Shown one piece after another: positions 29,481 to 38,298 of a stretch of DNA of 64,000 nucleotides. A program made the translations under genes and the position numbers. Numbering within the stretch: position 1 is the stretch's first letter; every line of letters starts with the position of its first letter. This DNA comes from a virus, in the IMG/VR virus record IMGVR_UViG_3300046477_000491, positions 12,754 through 76,753 of that record. One strand, given 5' to 3'. The notes beneath the pieces were generated by a model. It worked only from the letters and a program-made list of their open reading frames with translations, ran no database searches and had not been told where the DNA came from.

Positions 29481-29554
29481 TCTGGACGGCAGGATTCGAA
29501 CCTGCGACCCCCTGCATCCAAAGCAGGCGCGCTACCGGGCTGCGCTACGTCCAG
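29481..29554 (-). tRNA. tRNA-Pro(TGG)
   Basis: CTGGACG/CGTCCAG acceptor stem, CCTGC-TTTGGAT-GCAGG anticodon arm, GTTCGAATC. Confidence 0.9.
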
Positions 29555-29568
29555 AAGTTGATGGCTAC

Positions 29569-29599
29569 ACATTACGGTATCAAGATTGGTCCTTGTCAA
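29569..29599 (-). promoter_or_regulatory. Putative promoter of the tRNA/riboswitch operon with an ATTACGG half-site
   Basis: TTGACA at 29594-29599 and TAATGT at 29569-29574 (19-nt spacer, long). Confidence 0.5.
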
Positions 29600-29964
29600 C
29601 CCCATTGAGCAACTAGCTTGCCATGGAGAGACAGTTCCCCGCCGGGTCTTACGCCTCGCTTGGGGTAGCGAGCCGAGGAGGCTGCCCTAGCGGGCGGGGA
29701 ACGGGAAGCGGCCGAGGCAGAACGCCGTCAAGGCCGGGATGAGCGCGGGCATGCTGGCGGAGGGGAGGTTGCTCCCCTGGCCCGGCCGTCGCTCGCTCAT
29801 CGTGTTCATGCATCCTTTTTACAGGATCACGGTTACGGGTTTGTAATCAGGCCACTGCCCCGTTTCCCTCGCGCGAGGCGGGGGGTAGGGCACTGTCCAG
29901 AGCAGCAAAAAGGGCCGGGGGGACGCCGTTGTCCCTCCGACCCTTGCCAGGGCGTATGTCAGCT

Positions 29965-30339
29965 CTACTTGTGCGCGGCCTCGAACTCGCGGATGAGGTC
30001 CGTGGGGATCCGGCCGGTGTGGGCGATCTCCCGGCCCTGCTCCTTCAGCCACTGGCGCACGTCCGCAGCCGTGAAGGTCTGGCCGCCCCGACCCTTGATG
30101 GCCTTCAGCACCTGCGTGCCGACGCGCTTCTCGGTGTTGTGGGCGATGGAGGTGAAGGGCTCCAGGGCACCGACCATGAGCTGCTGATGGTCCCGGCATA
30201 GATCCATGAAGTATCTCGTCGTCCCGACCGTGATGGCCGTGGCCTCGTTACCGGGGACGTCCTGGCCGCAGGTTTCGGTCTTGCGGCCGTGCTTCACCTT
30301 GAAATCGCAGAACTTGTCAACACTGACGCGCTCACCCAT
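29965..30339 (-). CDS. lsr2: Lsr2-like nucleoid-associated protein
   Basis: Y.MDL dimerisation segment; C-terminal VRQWLKEQGREIAHTGRIP..LIREFEAAH. Confidence 0.8.
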   Translation of the reverse strand: MGERVSVDKFCDFKVKHGRKTETCGQDVPGNEATAITVGTTRYFMDLCRDHQQLMVGALEPFTSIAHNTEKRVGTQVLKAIKGRGGQTFTAADVRQWLKEQGREIAHTGRIPTDLIREFEAAHK

Positions 30340-30465
30340 GAATGATCACTCCTTAACGGCCCCCGCTGCTGGTCGAACGTCGGGCACGTTGGCAATATTG
30401 CCTCTCAGGCAGGGCCTTGTCAAGCGTCTTGCGTCACACGCTCGACAAGGCCGTATCAATAAGAC

Positions 30466-31320
30466 CTATTTGAGCAGCGACTCCGCCTGCCCCAGGATAC
30501 TCGTCACTACGGTCTCGACCGGGGTGTCGATCCTCGGCCTGGACGGCGGGGACAGGGCGGGAAGGTGCTTCAGGGGCGTCTGGTCGGCCCGATTGGGGGT
30601 CTTCGATTCCGTCTTCCCGGAAGTCTTCACGCGCGCCCCGTCGCGGTGCTTCGTGGGAACCCTCCGGTGCTTTCCGGCGGGCGCTTTGGGCTTGTCGGCC
30701 GTCGTGGTGGCGGTCTTCTCGGGGGACTGGGCGGCCATCTGGTAGCTGGAGCCGGTGGGCCGGTAGGTGTTGACCACAGCGGTGCGGGCACTCGTGGCGA
30801 CGGCCGTCTTGGAGGGCTCAGGGACGGGCACGTCGTTGCCTGCCATGTCGGGGCGGTCCATGGGGTGTGTTCCCTGGGCGTGAAGGTCCATGGCGGCCTC
30901 GGCGGTCATGCCGATGAAGAACGGGGCGATGGTGGCGGCCACGGTGAGCATGATCCGGCGCTGCCAGGAGGAGCGGGCTACCGGCTTCTTGGCCCGGTGG
31001 GAGCGCAGCTTCGGAGCAGGTTCAGGCTGCTCCGCCAGTTTGGGCTCCTCGGGCAGCCAGTAGATGATCTCCTGAGTGTCGCTGTCCCAGCCCATGCACA
31101 GCTCTCCAGCATCCACCAGGGCGGAGAGTTCTTCGTCGACCTCGTCCTCGTAGCTGAGCCCGTAAAAGTCCGGGATCGAGCCCTCGTGCGGCACGTCTTC
31201 CTTGTCGCGCAGGTGCGGCTCGTTCAGGGGCATGGGCGCAGTTTCTGCGTGTTGTTGGCGCAGCTCGCGGACGTCCTGTTCCCCCGTGTCGTTCGCATCG
31301 TCACGCCAGATCATGTTCAT
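30466..31320 (-). CDS. Membrane protein with a low-complexity C-terminus
   Basis: Central transmembrane segment; acidic N-terminus. Confidence 0.55.
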   Translation of the reverse strand: MNMIWRDDANDTGEQDVRELRQQHAETAPMPLNEPHLRDKEDVPHEGSIPDFYGLSYEDEVDEELSALVDAGELCMGWDSDTQEIIYWLPEEPKLAEQPEPAPKLRSHRAKKPVARSSWQRRIMLTVAATIAPFFIGMTAEAAMDLHAQGTHPMDRPDMAGNDVPVPEPSKTAVATSARTAVVNTYRPTGSSYQMAAQSPEKTATTTADKPKAPAGKHRRVPTKHRDGARVKTSGKTESKTPNRADQTPLKHLPALSPPSRPRIDTPVETVVTSILGQAESLLK

Positions 31321-31821
31321 GAGCGGGATGTACCCCTCCTACCAGACGCACGCGGGATCTGACGGTTTCGTGTGCGTAATCAGCTCGTGGACCTGGAGAG
31401 ACCCTGGATCATGGGGAGGCGGGCGGCTGCTGCACGGCACACCGCGTGGGGATGATCTTTGCCCTTGCGATCACTGGCTTACCAGGGAGCAAACCGTAGC
31501 ACCGGGAGGTCAACCGGAACAGGCGGCTCCGTGACTTGCGCAACCTTGTTGCTTTACTTTTCAAGCGGGTTGCTTGACCAGCTCTTTACTAAATATGCTA
31601 CAACCCGTGCAGTTACCCCGGGTTACATGTACCTGGAACCTACGGTTGCGTAGCTGTGGAGGTTCTGTATGGTGACCCAGCTCACATTGGTAAATTCGAT
31701 CAGCCGACAGATATGCGTCGACAATTTGTCAAGCTACCACGAGATATGACTTGACCCCGCTACGGGATGCCGTAACGGGGTCAGGAGTCAATCGGTGTTA
31801 TTTCAGATAGTGAAACCTCAT

Positions 31822-32691
31822 CTAGAAGGCCCCGGGGGCCACTTGGAGGGTCCGCAGGCCGAGAAGGCGCCACATCTCGACCACCTGGTCACGGTCGTCG
31901 AGGACCATCCACACGTTGTAGCGGCCCAGGATCTCCTGCCGGTAGATCTCCTCCTTCACGATCGAGTCCTTGCGCATGTCGTACTCGGCGCGCATCAGCA
32001 GCGGCGACAGCGAGGTCCACTCCCCCACGTGCTGCACCAGCCAGGCCCGGGTCCGCTTGTAGGCCCGAGCGTCGCGGCCGGACACGAAGATGATCTCGGC
32101 GCCCGCGTCCCGCAGCGTGTTCACGAGGTCGATGACGTCCTGGTGCGCCGTGTCCTCGTCCACCCGGTCCCAGTCGAAGGGACTGCGGTCGGCCATCTTG
32201 GCCAGCGTGCCGTCCAGGTCCACCAGCACGGCGTGCGGGCGGTCAGGGAGCAACGCAGGGGGGTCGGCAGGCTTGGGGGCCAGGTACTTCTCGTACATGT
32301 CCTTGATGACCTTCTCGCCGACGCTCTTCTCCCGCTTCAGGTCGCGGCGGACGCAGGTATTAAGTGCCACGTCGGTGAAGTCCTTGACGAAGAACCGGGC
32401 TCCCCGGCTTTCCGCCAGCCGCTCCAGGCGCTCCTCGTGGTACGGGTTGAGGTTGGTGTCGGCGACGATCACGCTGACGCCCTGGAGCAGGAACATCTCC
32501 ACGAGCGCGTCGCGGGCCTTGACGACCTGCCGCTCGTTCTTGCCGTGCCAGCGGTCGGCGTGCAGCATCGCCCGCAGGTCGTCCTTGCACACGATCACGA
32601 CGGAGCCGGGGATGGCCTTGAGGACCTGCTCGCGGGCCCACGTCGTCTTGCCGGAGCCCGGCAGGCCCTTGGTCATGGTCAGCGTCGTCAC
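31822..32691 (-). CDS. Polynucleotide 5'-kinase/3'-phosphatase (T4 PseT-like)
   Basis: GLPGSGKTT P-loop; HAD motifs DLDGTLA, SGR and DDR. Confidence 0.93.
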   Translation of the reverse strand: MTTLTMTKGLPGSGKTTWAREQVLKAIPGSVVIVCKDDLRAMLHADRWHGKNERQVVKARDALVEMFLLQGVSVIVADTNLNPYHEERLERLAESRGARFFVKDFTDVALNTCVRRDLKREKSVGEKVIKDMYEKYLAPKPADPPALLPDRPHAVLVDLDGTLAKMADRSPFDWDRVDEDTAHQDVIDLVNTLRDAGAEIIFVSGRDARAYKRTRAWLVQHVGEWTSLSPLLMRAEYDMRKDSIVKEEIYRQEILGRYNVWMVLDDRDQVVEMWRLLGLRTLQVAPGAF

Positions 32692-32732
32692 GGGCTTCTC
32701 CTTCGTCTTCTTCGGTCCGCAGCACAGGCATT

Positions 32733-33038
32733 TCACGGGCATCGGCAGCACCCGTCGCAGCCGTGCAGGCCCTCGTAGGGGTTGTAGTCCTCGCCCTGCA
32801 TCATTCGCTTGTAGGCGAGGTCGTCCGGGTCGGGGTGTCCGACGCCGTGGGAGCACATCCGCTCCATCAGGGCGCGGTCCATGCGGAAGTGCTGGGGCCA
32901 GTCGGCCATGTGGTGGTCGGAGGGGTTGTGTACGCAGCAGTGGCGGCCGATGCAGTCCTTGCGGGGGTGGGCGAGGAGTCGTTCCCCGCCCACCAGTTCC
33001 GCCGCCTCGAACCAGCCGCCGAGGTCGTCGGGCTCCAT
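32733..33038 (-). CDS. Cys/His-rich metal-binding protein
   Basis: HCCVHNPSDH, CSHGVGHPDPDD and HGCDGCC; coupled to the ligase gene. Confidence 0.7.
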   Translation of the reverse strand: MEPDDLGGWFEAAELVGGERLLAHPRKDCIGRHCCVHNPSDHHMADWPQHFRMDRALMERMCSHGVGHPDPDDLAYKRMMQGEDYNPYEGLHGCDGCCRCP

Positions 33039-34144
33039 CAGGCCGCGTCCTCCGAGAGCGTCTGGAACGGCTTCTCGTACGTCGGCCGGACCCGCTTCCA
33101 GACGTCGGCCGTGATGTCCTTGCCGCCGTAGATACGGAACAGCAGACCCGGGTACGGCGTCTCCTGGGCGAGCAGCGCGAACTCCTTGCGGCGCTTCTGT
33201 GCGTCCGTCTCCGGCCGCCGCAGGCGCTTGATGATCCAGGCGTAGTCGTCCATGATCTGGGCCTTCTCGCGGGCGAAGTCGCCCTCCAGGCGGTACACCT
33301 GCTGGTGGACCCAGGTGTAGAACTCGTCCGGGACGCGGTCGATCCAGGAGTCGATGCCCTGCCCGTTGGCCAGCGCGTCCCACACGGAGAGGGTGGAGAC
33401 GTTCGTCAGGATGCGGTGCAGGCGGACGTACTCGTCGTACTTGAACTTCACCCGGGTGTCGCTCCAGGGGAAGCGGACGACGAAGCCCTCCAGGTTGGAC
33501 TCCTGCACGTTGCGCATGTAGTCCAGGACGTCGGGCATCGTCTTGAAGCCGACCGGCTCGTTGACCGGGCCCGGCCAGTCGTAGGTGCCGAAGGGGAGCG
33601 TCTTGCCGGTCGCGGTGTCGATGACGGCGAGGAGGACCAGTTCGTCCAGGCCCTGGTAGTCCACCACGATGCGGTTGGCCGCGTAGACGATCTCGAAGAG
33701 ATACGTCAGGCCGAGGATGGGCTCGAACTTCGGGTACCGGCTCTGAACGGCTTCCGTGGCGTGCAGCGCCTGGGGGCTGGTGAAGGAGCCCCGCGTGGCG
33801 ATGCGGAACTCCCCGGTATTAAGCGTGTAGCCGACGCCCAGAGAGCCGTCCCACTTCACGTACCCCTCGACCGGCTGCGTCAGGAGCGTGGAGTGCAGTT
33901 CGGGGACCTGGTCCCAGTTGAAGAACTTCTCGAACGGGCGGGAGACGACCTCGTTGGTGACACTGTCGACGATCAGGCCGCGCGTCTTCTTCGTGACGTC
34001 GTTCCACATGCCCTCGTACTGGGCCTTGTTCGTGTAGTTGAGGATGGCCAGCGGAGCGTCGGGGTGGTTCTGCCTGCGGACGTAGCCCTTTTCGAGCATG
34101 TCCTTGAGCAGGCTCTGGGACATGATGCTCATGAGGTTGGTCAT
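33038..34144 (-). CDS. RNA ligase 1 (T4 Rnl1 family)
   Basis: RGLIV, RPFEKFFN, KWDGSLG motif I, ATRGSF, EGFVV and KFKY. Confidence 0.92.
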   Translation of the reverse strand: MTNLMSIMSQSLLKDMLEKGYVRRQNHPDAPLAILNYTNKAQYEGMWNDVTKKTRGLIVDSVTNEVVSRPFEKFFNWDQVPELHSTLLTQPVEGYVKWDGSLGVGYTLNTGEFRIATRGSFTSPQALHATEAVQSRYPKFEPILGLTYLFEIVYAANRIVVDYQGLDELVLLAVIDTATGKTLPFGTYDWPGPVNEPVGFKTMPDVLDYMRNVQESNLEGFVVRFPWSDTRVKFKYDEYVRLHRILTNVSTLSVWDALANGQGIDSWIDRVPDEFYTWVHQQVYRLEGDFAREKAQIMDDYAWIIKRLRRPETDAQKRRKEFALLAQETPYPGLLFRIYGGKDITADVWKRVRPTYEKPFQTLSEDAA

Positions 34145-34166
34145 GGATCCTCCGAGGTGTGGTGGG

Positions 34167-34394
34167 TCAGAGACGCTGGTCGAGTGCCGTGACCACGCGC
34201 TTGGCGAAGGTCTCGTAGAACTCGTCGGGGAGGTGGTCGATGGCGAACCACTTCCGGGCCTCAAGGGCGACGATCTCTACGGCCTCGGCGCGCTTCTTGC
34301 CCTGCCGCTCCAGCCAGTCCCTCGCGGCGCTGACGTTGGGGATGGCCAGGTGTCCGAGGTTCAGGGTGGGGCGGTCGTCCTTCGTGGCGGTCAT
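34167..34394 (-). CDS. Hypothetical protein
   Basis: ORF track. Confidence 0.6.
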   Translation of the reverse strand: MTATKDDRPTLNLGHLAIPNVSAARDWLERQGKKRAEAVEIVALEARKWFAIDHLPDEFYETFAKRVVTALDQRL

Positions 34395-34396
34395 GT

Positions 34397-34810
34397 TCAG
34401 CCCTTCTTCGCGGCCTTCTTGTTCTTGCGCTTGTTCTTGGTCTTCTTCGCGGCCCGGCGGTCACGCTTGTCGAGGTCGGTCTCGACGTCGCTCAGGGCCT
34501 CGTCCAGCTTTTCGATGAAGAGGTAGATGGCGCCCTTGAGGCGGTCGGCCTTCGCGCGGGCGTTCTCCAGGTCCTTGCGGAGCTGGGCGCGGTCTTCCTC
34601 GGTGCCGGTCTGGCCGTAGACGCCGAAGTCGAGGGTCACGCTGCGGGAGCAGTCCTGGATCTGGAGGGTGGCGCCGAAGTCGAGGTAGTCGTCGCTGCTG
34701 TCACCGTCGTTGATCTCCGCGAGCACCGCACCGAGGCCATGGTGTCCCTGGTTGTTCAGGAACTCGCGGATGTAGAGGCGGCGCTGCTCGTCGGTGGCGG
34801 TGGTGCTCAT
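34397..34810 (-). CDS. Hypothetical protein with a basic tail
   Basis: Start MSTTAT after GAGGAG. Confidence 0.65.
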   Translation of the reverse strand: MSTTATDEQRRLYIREFLNNQGHHGLGAVLAEINDGDSSDDYLDFGATLQIQDCSRSVTLDFGVYGQTGTEEDRAQLRKDLENARAKADRLKGAIYLFIEKLDEALSDVETDLDKRDRRAAKKTKNKRKNKKAAKKG

Positions 34811-34865
34811 GCGGTGCTCCTCGGTTCTGCGGTTCTGTGGTGCCGGGGTGACCCCGACATCGAGA

Positions 34866-34931
34866 AACCTATAACGAAGAAGACGTAATCTCAAGCCCGT
34901 AATCGTGAATCTGTTCAACGTAACCCGTATG
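34866..34931. promoter_or_regulatory. Five-unit, 14-bp-period operator-like array
   Basis: AACCTATAAC 34866, AAGACGTAAT 34880, AGCCCGTAAT 34894, AATCTGTTCA 34908, AACCCGTAT 34922. Confidence 0.6.
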
Positions 34932-35123
34932 ACGTGGGTCACACCTCAAGGGGGTTGCGCACACGTGCAAAAGACCCCCGCCGTAGCAGGGGTCTTCGCA
35001 GGTCAGGACAGGTCAGTTACCGGACGCCACCAGCAGCGCGTGCCCGACGTAGACGGCCGCAGCCGCGTCCAGCAGGAGCGCCACGATCCACACGGCCTCC
35101 GGAACATCACGGAACCACTTCAT

Positions 35124-35774
35124 TCAGATCTTCCTCACGTAGTTGATGAAGTCCTGGAGCCGGTCCGTACGCGGCTGCGCCGGAAGGATGCCGACCCGGT
35201 CGTTGAAGACGTCGAACGCCTTCCAGAACTCGGCCTCGATCTGCTCGCCCGACATCTCGTCGAACGCCCAGTAGAAGTCCGGGTCCGGCACACGGACGGT
35301 CAGCGTCCCGAACTCCAGCAGTTGCTGGCCCTGCCGCAGCAGCCGGAAGCAGTGCCGGGCGTGCTTGGCCACACGCTTCTGCCTGGCCTCGTTGGCCAGC
35401 TCCTGCTTGATCCGCTTGATCTGCCCCATGGCGTACCCGCCGTACGCGGAGCGCACGTAGCCCTCGGACAGGAAGTCCTCGCGGATGTCGACCAGCCACT
35501 CCCCCTCCCAGGACTGCTCCTCGTACTCCTCCAGGTACATCAGGTCCATGATCGTCGGGTTGCACTTCAGCGCGAGGTTCACGTACTTGCCGACCTCGTG
35601 CAGGGTGACGTCCGGAGCCGTGGTCACCAGCGAGTCCTGATGCTGGGAACCGATACGGAAGAACTCCGGAGTGGGACGGATGAAGATGCCGAGCCGGTCG
35701 GTGTCCGAGCCGGGCCGGGCGAGGCCGAAGGCAGTGCTGCCCACGACCCCGCTCAGCAGGATGTTGGTCCCCAT
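35124..35774 (-). CDS. Pol-beta superfamily nucleotidyltransferase (RlaP/YcgL-like)
   Basis: VVGSTAFGLARPGSDTD, NPTIMDL and KHARHCFRL. Confidence 0.85.
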   Translation of the reverse strand: MGTNILLSGVVGSTAFGLARPGSDTDRLGIFIRPTPEFFRIGSQHQDSLVTTAPDVTLHEVGKYVNLALKCNPTIMDLMYLEEYEEQSWEGEWLVDIREDFLSEGYVRSAYGGYAMGQIKRIKQELANEARQKRVAKHARHCFRLLRQGQQLLEFGTLTVRVPDPDFYWAFDEMSGEQIEAEFWKAFDVFNDRVGILPAQPRTDRLQDFINYVRKI

Positions 35775-36229
35775 CAGAACCAGTAGTCCTCGGACGGGTC
35801 GTTGTCGCGGCCGTCCTCCTCGTAGCGCTCGGCCGCCTCCTCGTACGTCGCCAGGGCCTCCTCGACAGACCGGCCCCACGTCATACCGGCGTCCTGCTCG
35901 GACTGCACGATCTCCAGCAGCGCCCGCGTCTCGTTGTCGGCCTTGACGAACTCCGTGTCGATCAGCGTCCCCGCCGAGGCGTACACGTTCTTGTCCTGGG
36001 CGAACATGTCGTCGTACGTGACGCCCTTATAGGCCAGCACCTGGCCGACGATGCACGACGGCGCCTTCGTGGCCGGGTCGAAGTACGCACACAGCGCTGC
36101 ATCGTCGATGGTGAGCATCCTGTACACGTGGTCGGCGCCCCGCTCCTCGACCGCGCGGGCCAGCAGCGTCTTCGCCTCGTCCAAGGTGATCTCGACGGCC
36201 TCGTGGGAGGCCGGGGTATTAAGCGTCAT
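35774..36229 (-). CDS. Hypothetical protein
   Basis: C.Y...PSCIVG and QDAGMTWG motifs. Confidence 0.7.
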   Translation of the reverse strand: MTLNTPASHEAVEITLDEAKTLLARAVEERGADHVYRMLTIDDAALCAYFDPATKAPSCIVGQVLAYKGVTYDDMFAQDKNVYASAGTLIDTEFVKADNETRALLEIVQSEQDAGMTWGRSVEEALATYEEAAERYEEDGRDNDPSEDYWF

Positions 36230-36241
36230 GGTGGTGCCCTT

Positions 36242-36370
36242 TCAGGAGCAGTCGAACTCGAAGCCCTCGTCGGGCTCGGTGGTGATGGTCTCGTCCAGCA
36301 GGACGCCGTTGACGAAGATGACGTCCCCGACGTCGATACCGACGTGTTCCAGGAGGGAGCGGATGCTCAC
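36242..36370 (-). CDS. Small hypothetical protein
   Basis: GTGA-coupled start. Confidence 0.45.
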   Translation of the reverse strand: MSIRSLLEHVGIDVGDVIFVNGVLLDETITTEPDEGFEFDCS

Positions 36371-36603
36371 AGTCCCAGTACCTCCTTCAGGCGCGTTGCG
36401 AACTCGTTGACGGTCTCCTCGCGGAGCCGGTCCTCGTGCATGCGGTAGTCGCTCTCGTCGTCGCCCTTGCGCTCCAGGAGCACGACGTCGCCGATCGAGA
36501 TGGTGCAGGTGAACTCGCGGTAGCCGGTCCATCCGGCGCTCTTCCAGGTCTCCGTGGTGACGACCTGTATCAGCGGAATCGGTATCTCGATGGAGTCGGA
36601 CAC
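36367..36603 (-). CDS. Hypothetical protein
   Basis: RBS GGAGG. Confidence 0.6.
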   Translation of the reverse strand: MSDSIEIPIPLIQVVTTETWKSAGWTGYREFTCTISIGDVVLLERKGDDESDYRMHEDRLREETVNEFATRLKEVLGL

Positions 36604-36652
36604 AGGTCCTCCAGGGTGAGGCGGGGCCCGGCGGACCAGGCCCCGCGAGCGG

Positions 36653-37339
36653 TCACACAGAAGCGGGGTCGAACAGGTTGCGTCCCTCGCCGTCCTTCGA
36701 GACAGGGGTGAGCTTGCCCCGGTCGACCCACGTGCTGATCGTGCTGGGCTTCACCTCCAGCAGCTCGGCCAACTGCCTGGCCGTGACCAGGGTGACCTCA
36801 CTGCTGTCTCGCCGCTGTCTCAGCACCCCGGCCAGCCGGTGGAACGTCAGCGCGGCCAGGTGCGTACCCAGCGCGATGCAGATCGTCGGAGCGGCCGAGG
36901 CCAGGATCACGTGCCCCCACGTCGTCTTCGCGGACTGCCCGGTGACGTGCGCGTACGCAGAGCCGTGGGCGACGTTGAGAACGAGTGAGACAGCGGTGAG
37001 ACCGACCACCGTGCCGATCGCCCACCGGTATCCCGGGGAGCCGACCAGCGCCAGCGAGGCGACCACACCCAGACCGTCCAGCCCGTCGATGACCAGGGGG
37101 TAGTACTCCCTGACCTCGTGCAGGCCGATGCCGTCTGCGGTGTCTCGAAGGGGAACCCAGCTCACCCGCATACCGACCAGCGCCACGAACGCCAGCGCCA
37201 CCAGGATCAGAGTGAACCCGATGACCAGACCGGTCGCATGCAGGCCGTTGAACGGCTGAGACGGGGGCGAGACAGGGTCTGTCTCAGTCTTGCTCGCGCG
37301 ACTCTCGCGCCAGCTCTGGATAGGCTTGGTCAGTCCCAT
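36653..37339 (-). CDS. DUF2637-like membrane protein with a C-terminal MerR-like HTH
   Basis: VSW..L...A, YPLVIDG, SLVLNVAH and SAAP; TARQLAELLEVKPSTISTWVDRGKL. Confidence 0.7.
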   Translation of the reverse strand: MGLTKPIQSWRESRASKTETDPVSPPSQPFNGLHATGLVIGFTLILVALAFVALVGMRVSWVPLRDTADGIGLHEVREYYPLVIDGLDGLGVVASLALVGSPGYRWAIGTVVGLTAVSLVLNVAHGSAYAHVTGQSAKTTWGHVILASAAPTICIALGTHLAALTFHRLAGVLRQRRDSSEVTLVTARQLAELLEVKPSTISTWVDRGKLTPVSKDGEGRNLFDPASV

Positions 37340-37510
37340 GGAGAGTGCACACCTCTCGTTGGTGGGACAGGCGTCCGGTGGACTCATCCTCCGCCGGGCG
37401 CCCGAATACCCATCTAGGTATTAAGCCGGACCACCGTCTTCTCCTCCCTGTCTCAGGCCGGGACAGCTCCCGGTAGCGGTTGAGTATGCGTCGCTCGAAG
37501 TCGTTCAGGC

Positions 37511-37873
37511 TCAGCGGCCGACGACCTCCGCCCGTATCGCGTTGCCGGACGACGGGTGGATCGCGACGCTGCTGCTGGCGTGGACCTCCAGGCGCCGGTC
37601 CTCCTCCAGGCGCACCAGGAAGTAGGACCAGAACTTCTCGCCCGGCGCCTTCCAGCGGAACTCGACGGTCGGGTTGCCGTGCAGGTGCCGACGGTTCGCG
37701 CTGTAGGGGTCGATGCGGACCGTGGCGTCCTCGGGCCCCTCGTTCAGCAGCTCGCGGGCCGTAGCCAGCTCCTGCTCCAGGCGCGCAATCTTCTCGTCCT
37801 TCGCGCGGACGCGGTCCTTGACCCACTTCGGCAGGCGCTCGAACCTCGGGTCCTCCGTCATCGGTGTGTTCAC
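37511..37873 (-). CDS. Hypothetical protein
   Basis: ERLPKWV coiled coil; coupled start. Confidence 0.65.
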   Translation of the reverse strand: MNTPMTEDPRFERLPKWVKDRVRAKDEKIARLEQELATARELLNEGPEDATVRIDPYSANRRHLHGNPTVEFRWKAPGEKFWSYFLVRLEEDRRLEVHASSSVAIHPSSGNAIRAEVVGR

Positions 37874-38199
37874 CAGGTACCACCCTTCTTGGCCTTCTCC
37901 CAGGCCGACTTGGACACGCACACGTGCCCGGTCTTCTTGCCGTCGCGGAGGTCGAGGCGCCAGCACTCCGGGTCCGTCTGCGAGATGGGGATGTACATCG
38001 AGATCGTCGAGTAGCAGACCCTCGACGAGCCGGATCCCGAGCACTGCGTCGTGTAGATCGGCTGCATGTACGTGTAGGTGTCTTCCGGTACGTACCGCTT
38101 GCCGGTGATCGTGCCGTGGTCGAGATCCGACCCACAGCCGGTGAGGACGAGCGCCCCCACGAGCGCGGCCGAAGCCGCGTAGGTATTAAGCCGCTTCAC
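37870..38199 (-). CDS. Lipoprotein
   Basis: Signal peptide with lipobox LTGC. Confidence 0.75.
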   Translation of the reverse strand: MKRLNTYAASAALVGALVLTGCGSDLDHGTITGKRYVPEDTYTYMQPIYTTQCSGSGSSRVCYSTISMYIPISQTDPECWRLDLRDGKKTGHVCVSKSAWEKAKKGGTW

Positions 38200-38214
38200 G
38201 AGTTCCCCTTCTTC

Positions 38215-38237
38215 ATTACGGCTTTGGAAGCCGTAAT
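38215..38237. promoter_or_regulatory. Palindromic operator-like site
   Basis: ATTACGGCTT-TGG-AAGCCGTAAT perfect inverted repeat next to the RBS. Confidence 0.75.
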
Positions 38238-38298
38238 CTACCGGATCCGGCCCGGCCCGTCGACCCCTATCAGCCGACGGACCGGACCGAAGATGCAG

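Noticed and set aside
29687-29812. 40-aa minus-strand ORF or structured RNA upstream of the tRNA promoter
   Set aside because: No clear RBS or family resemblance, only a short hairpin; insufficient support.
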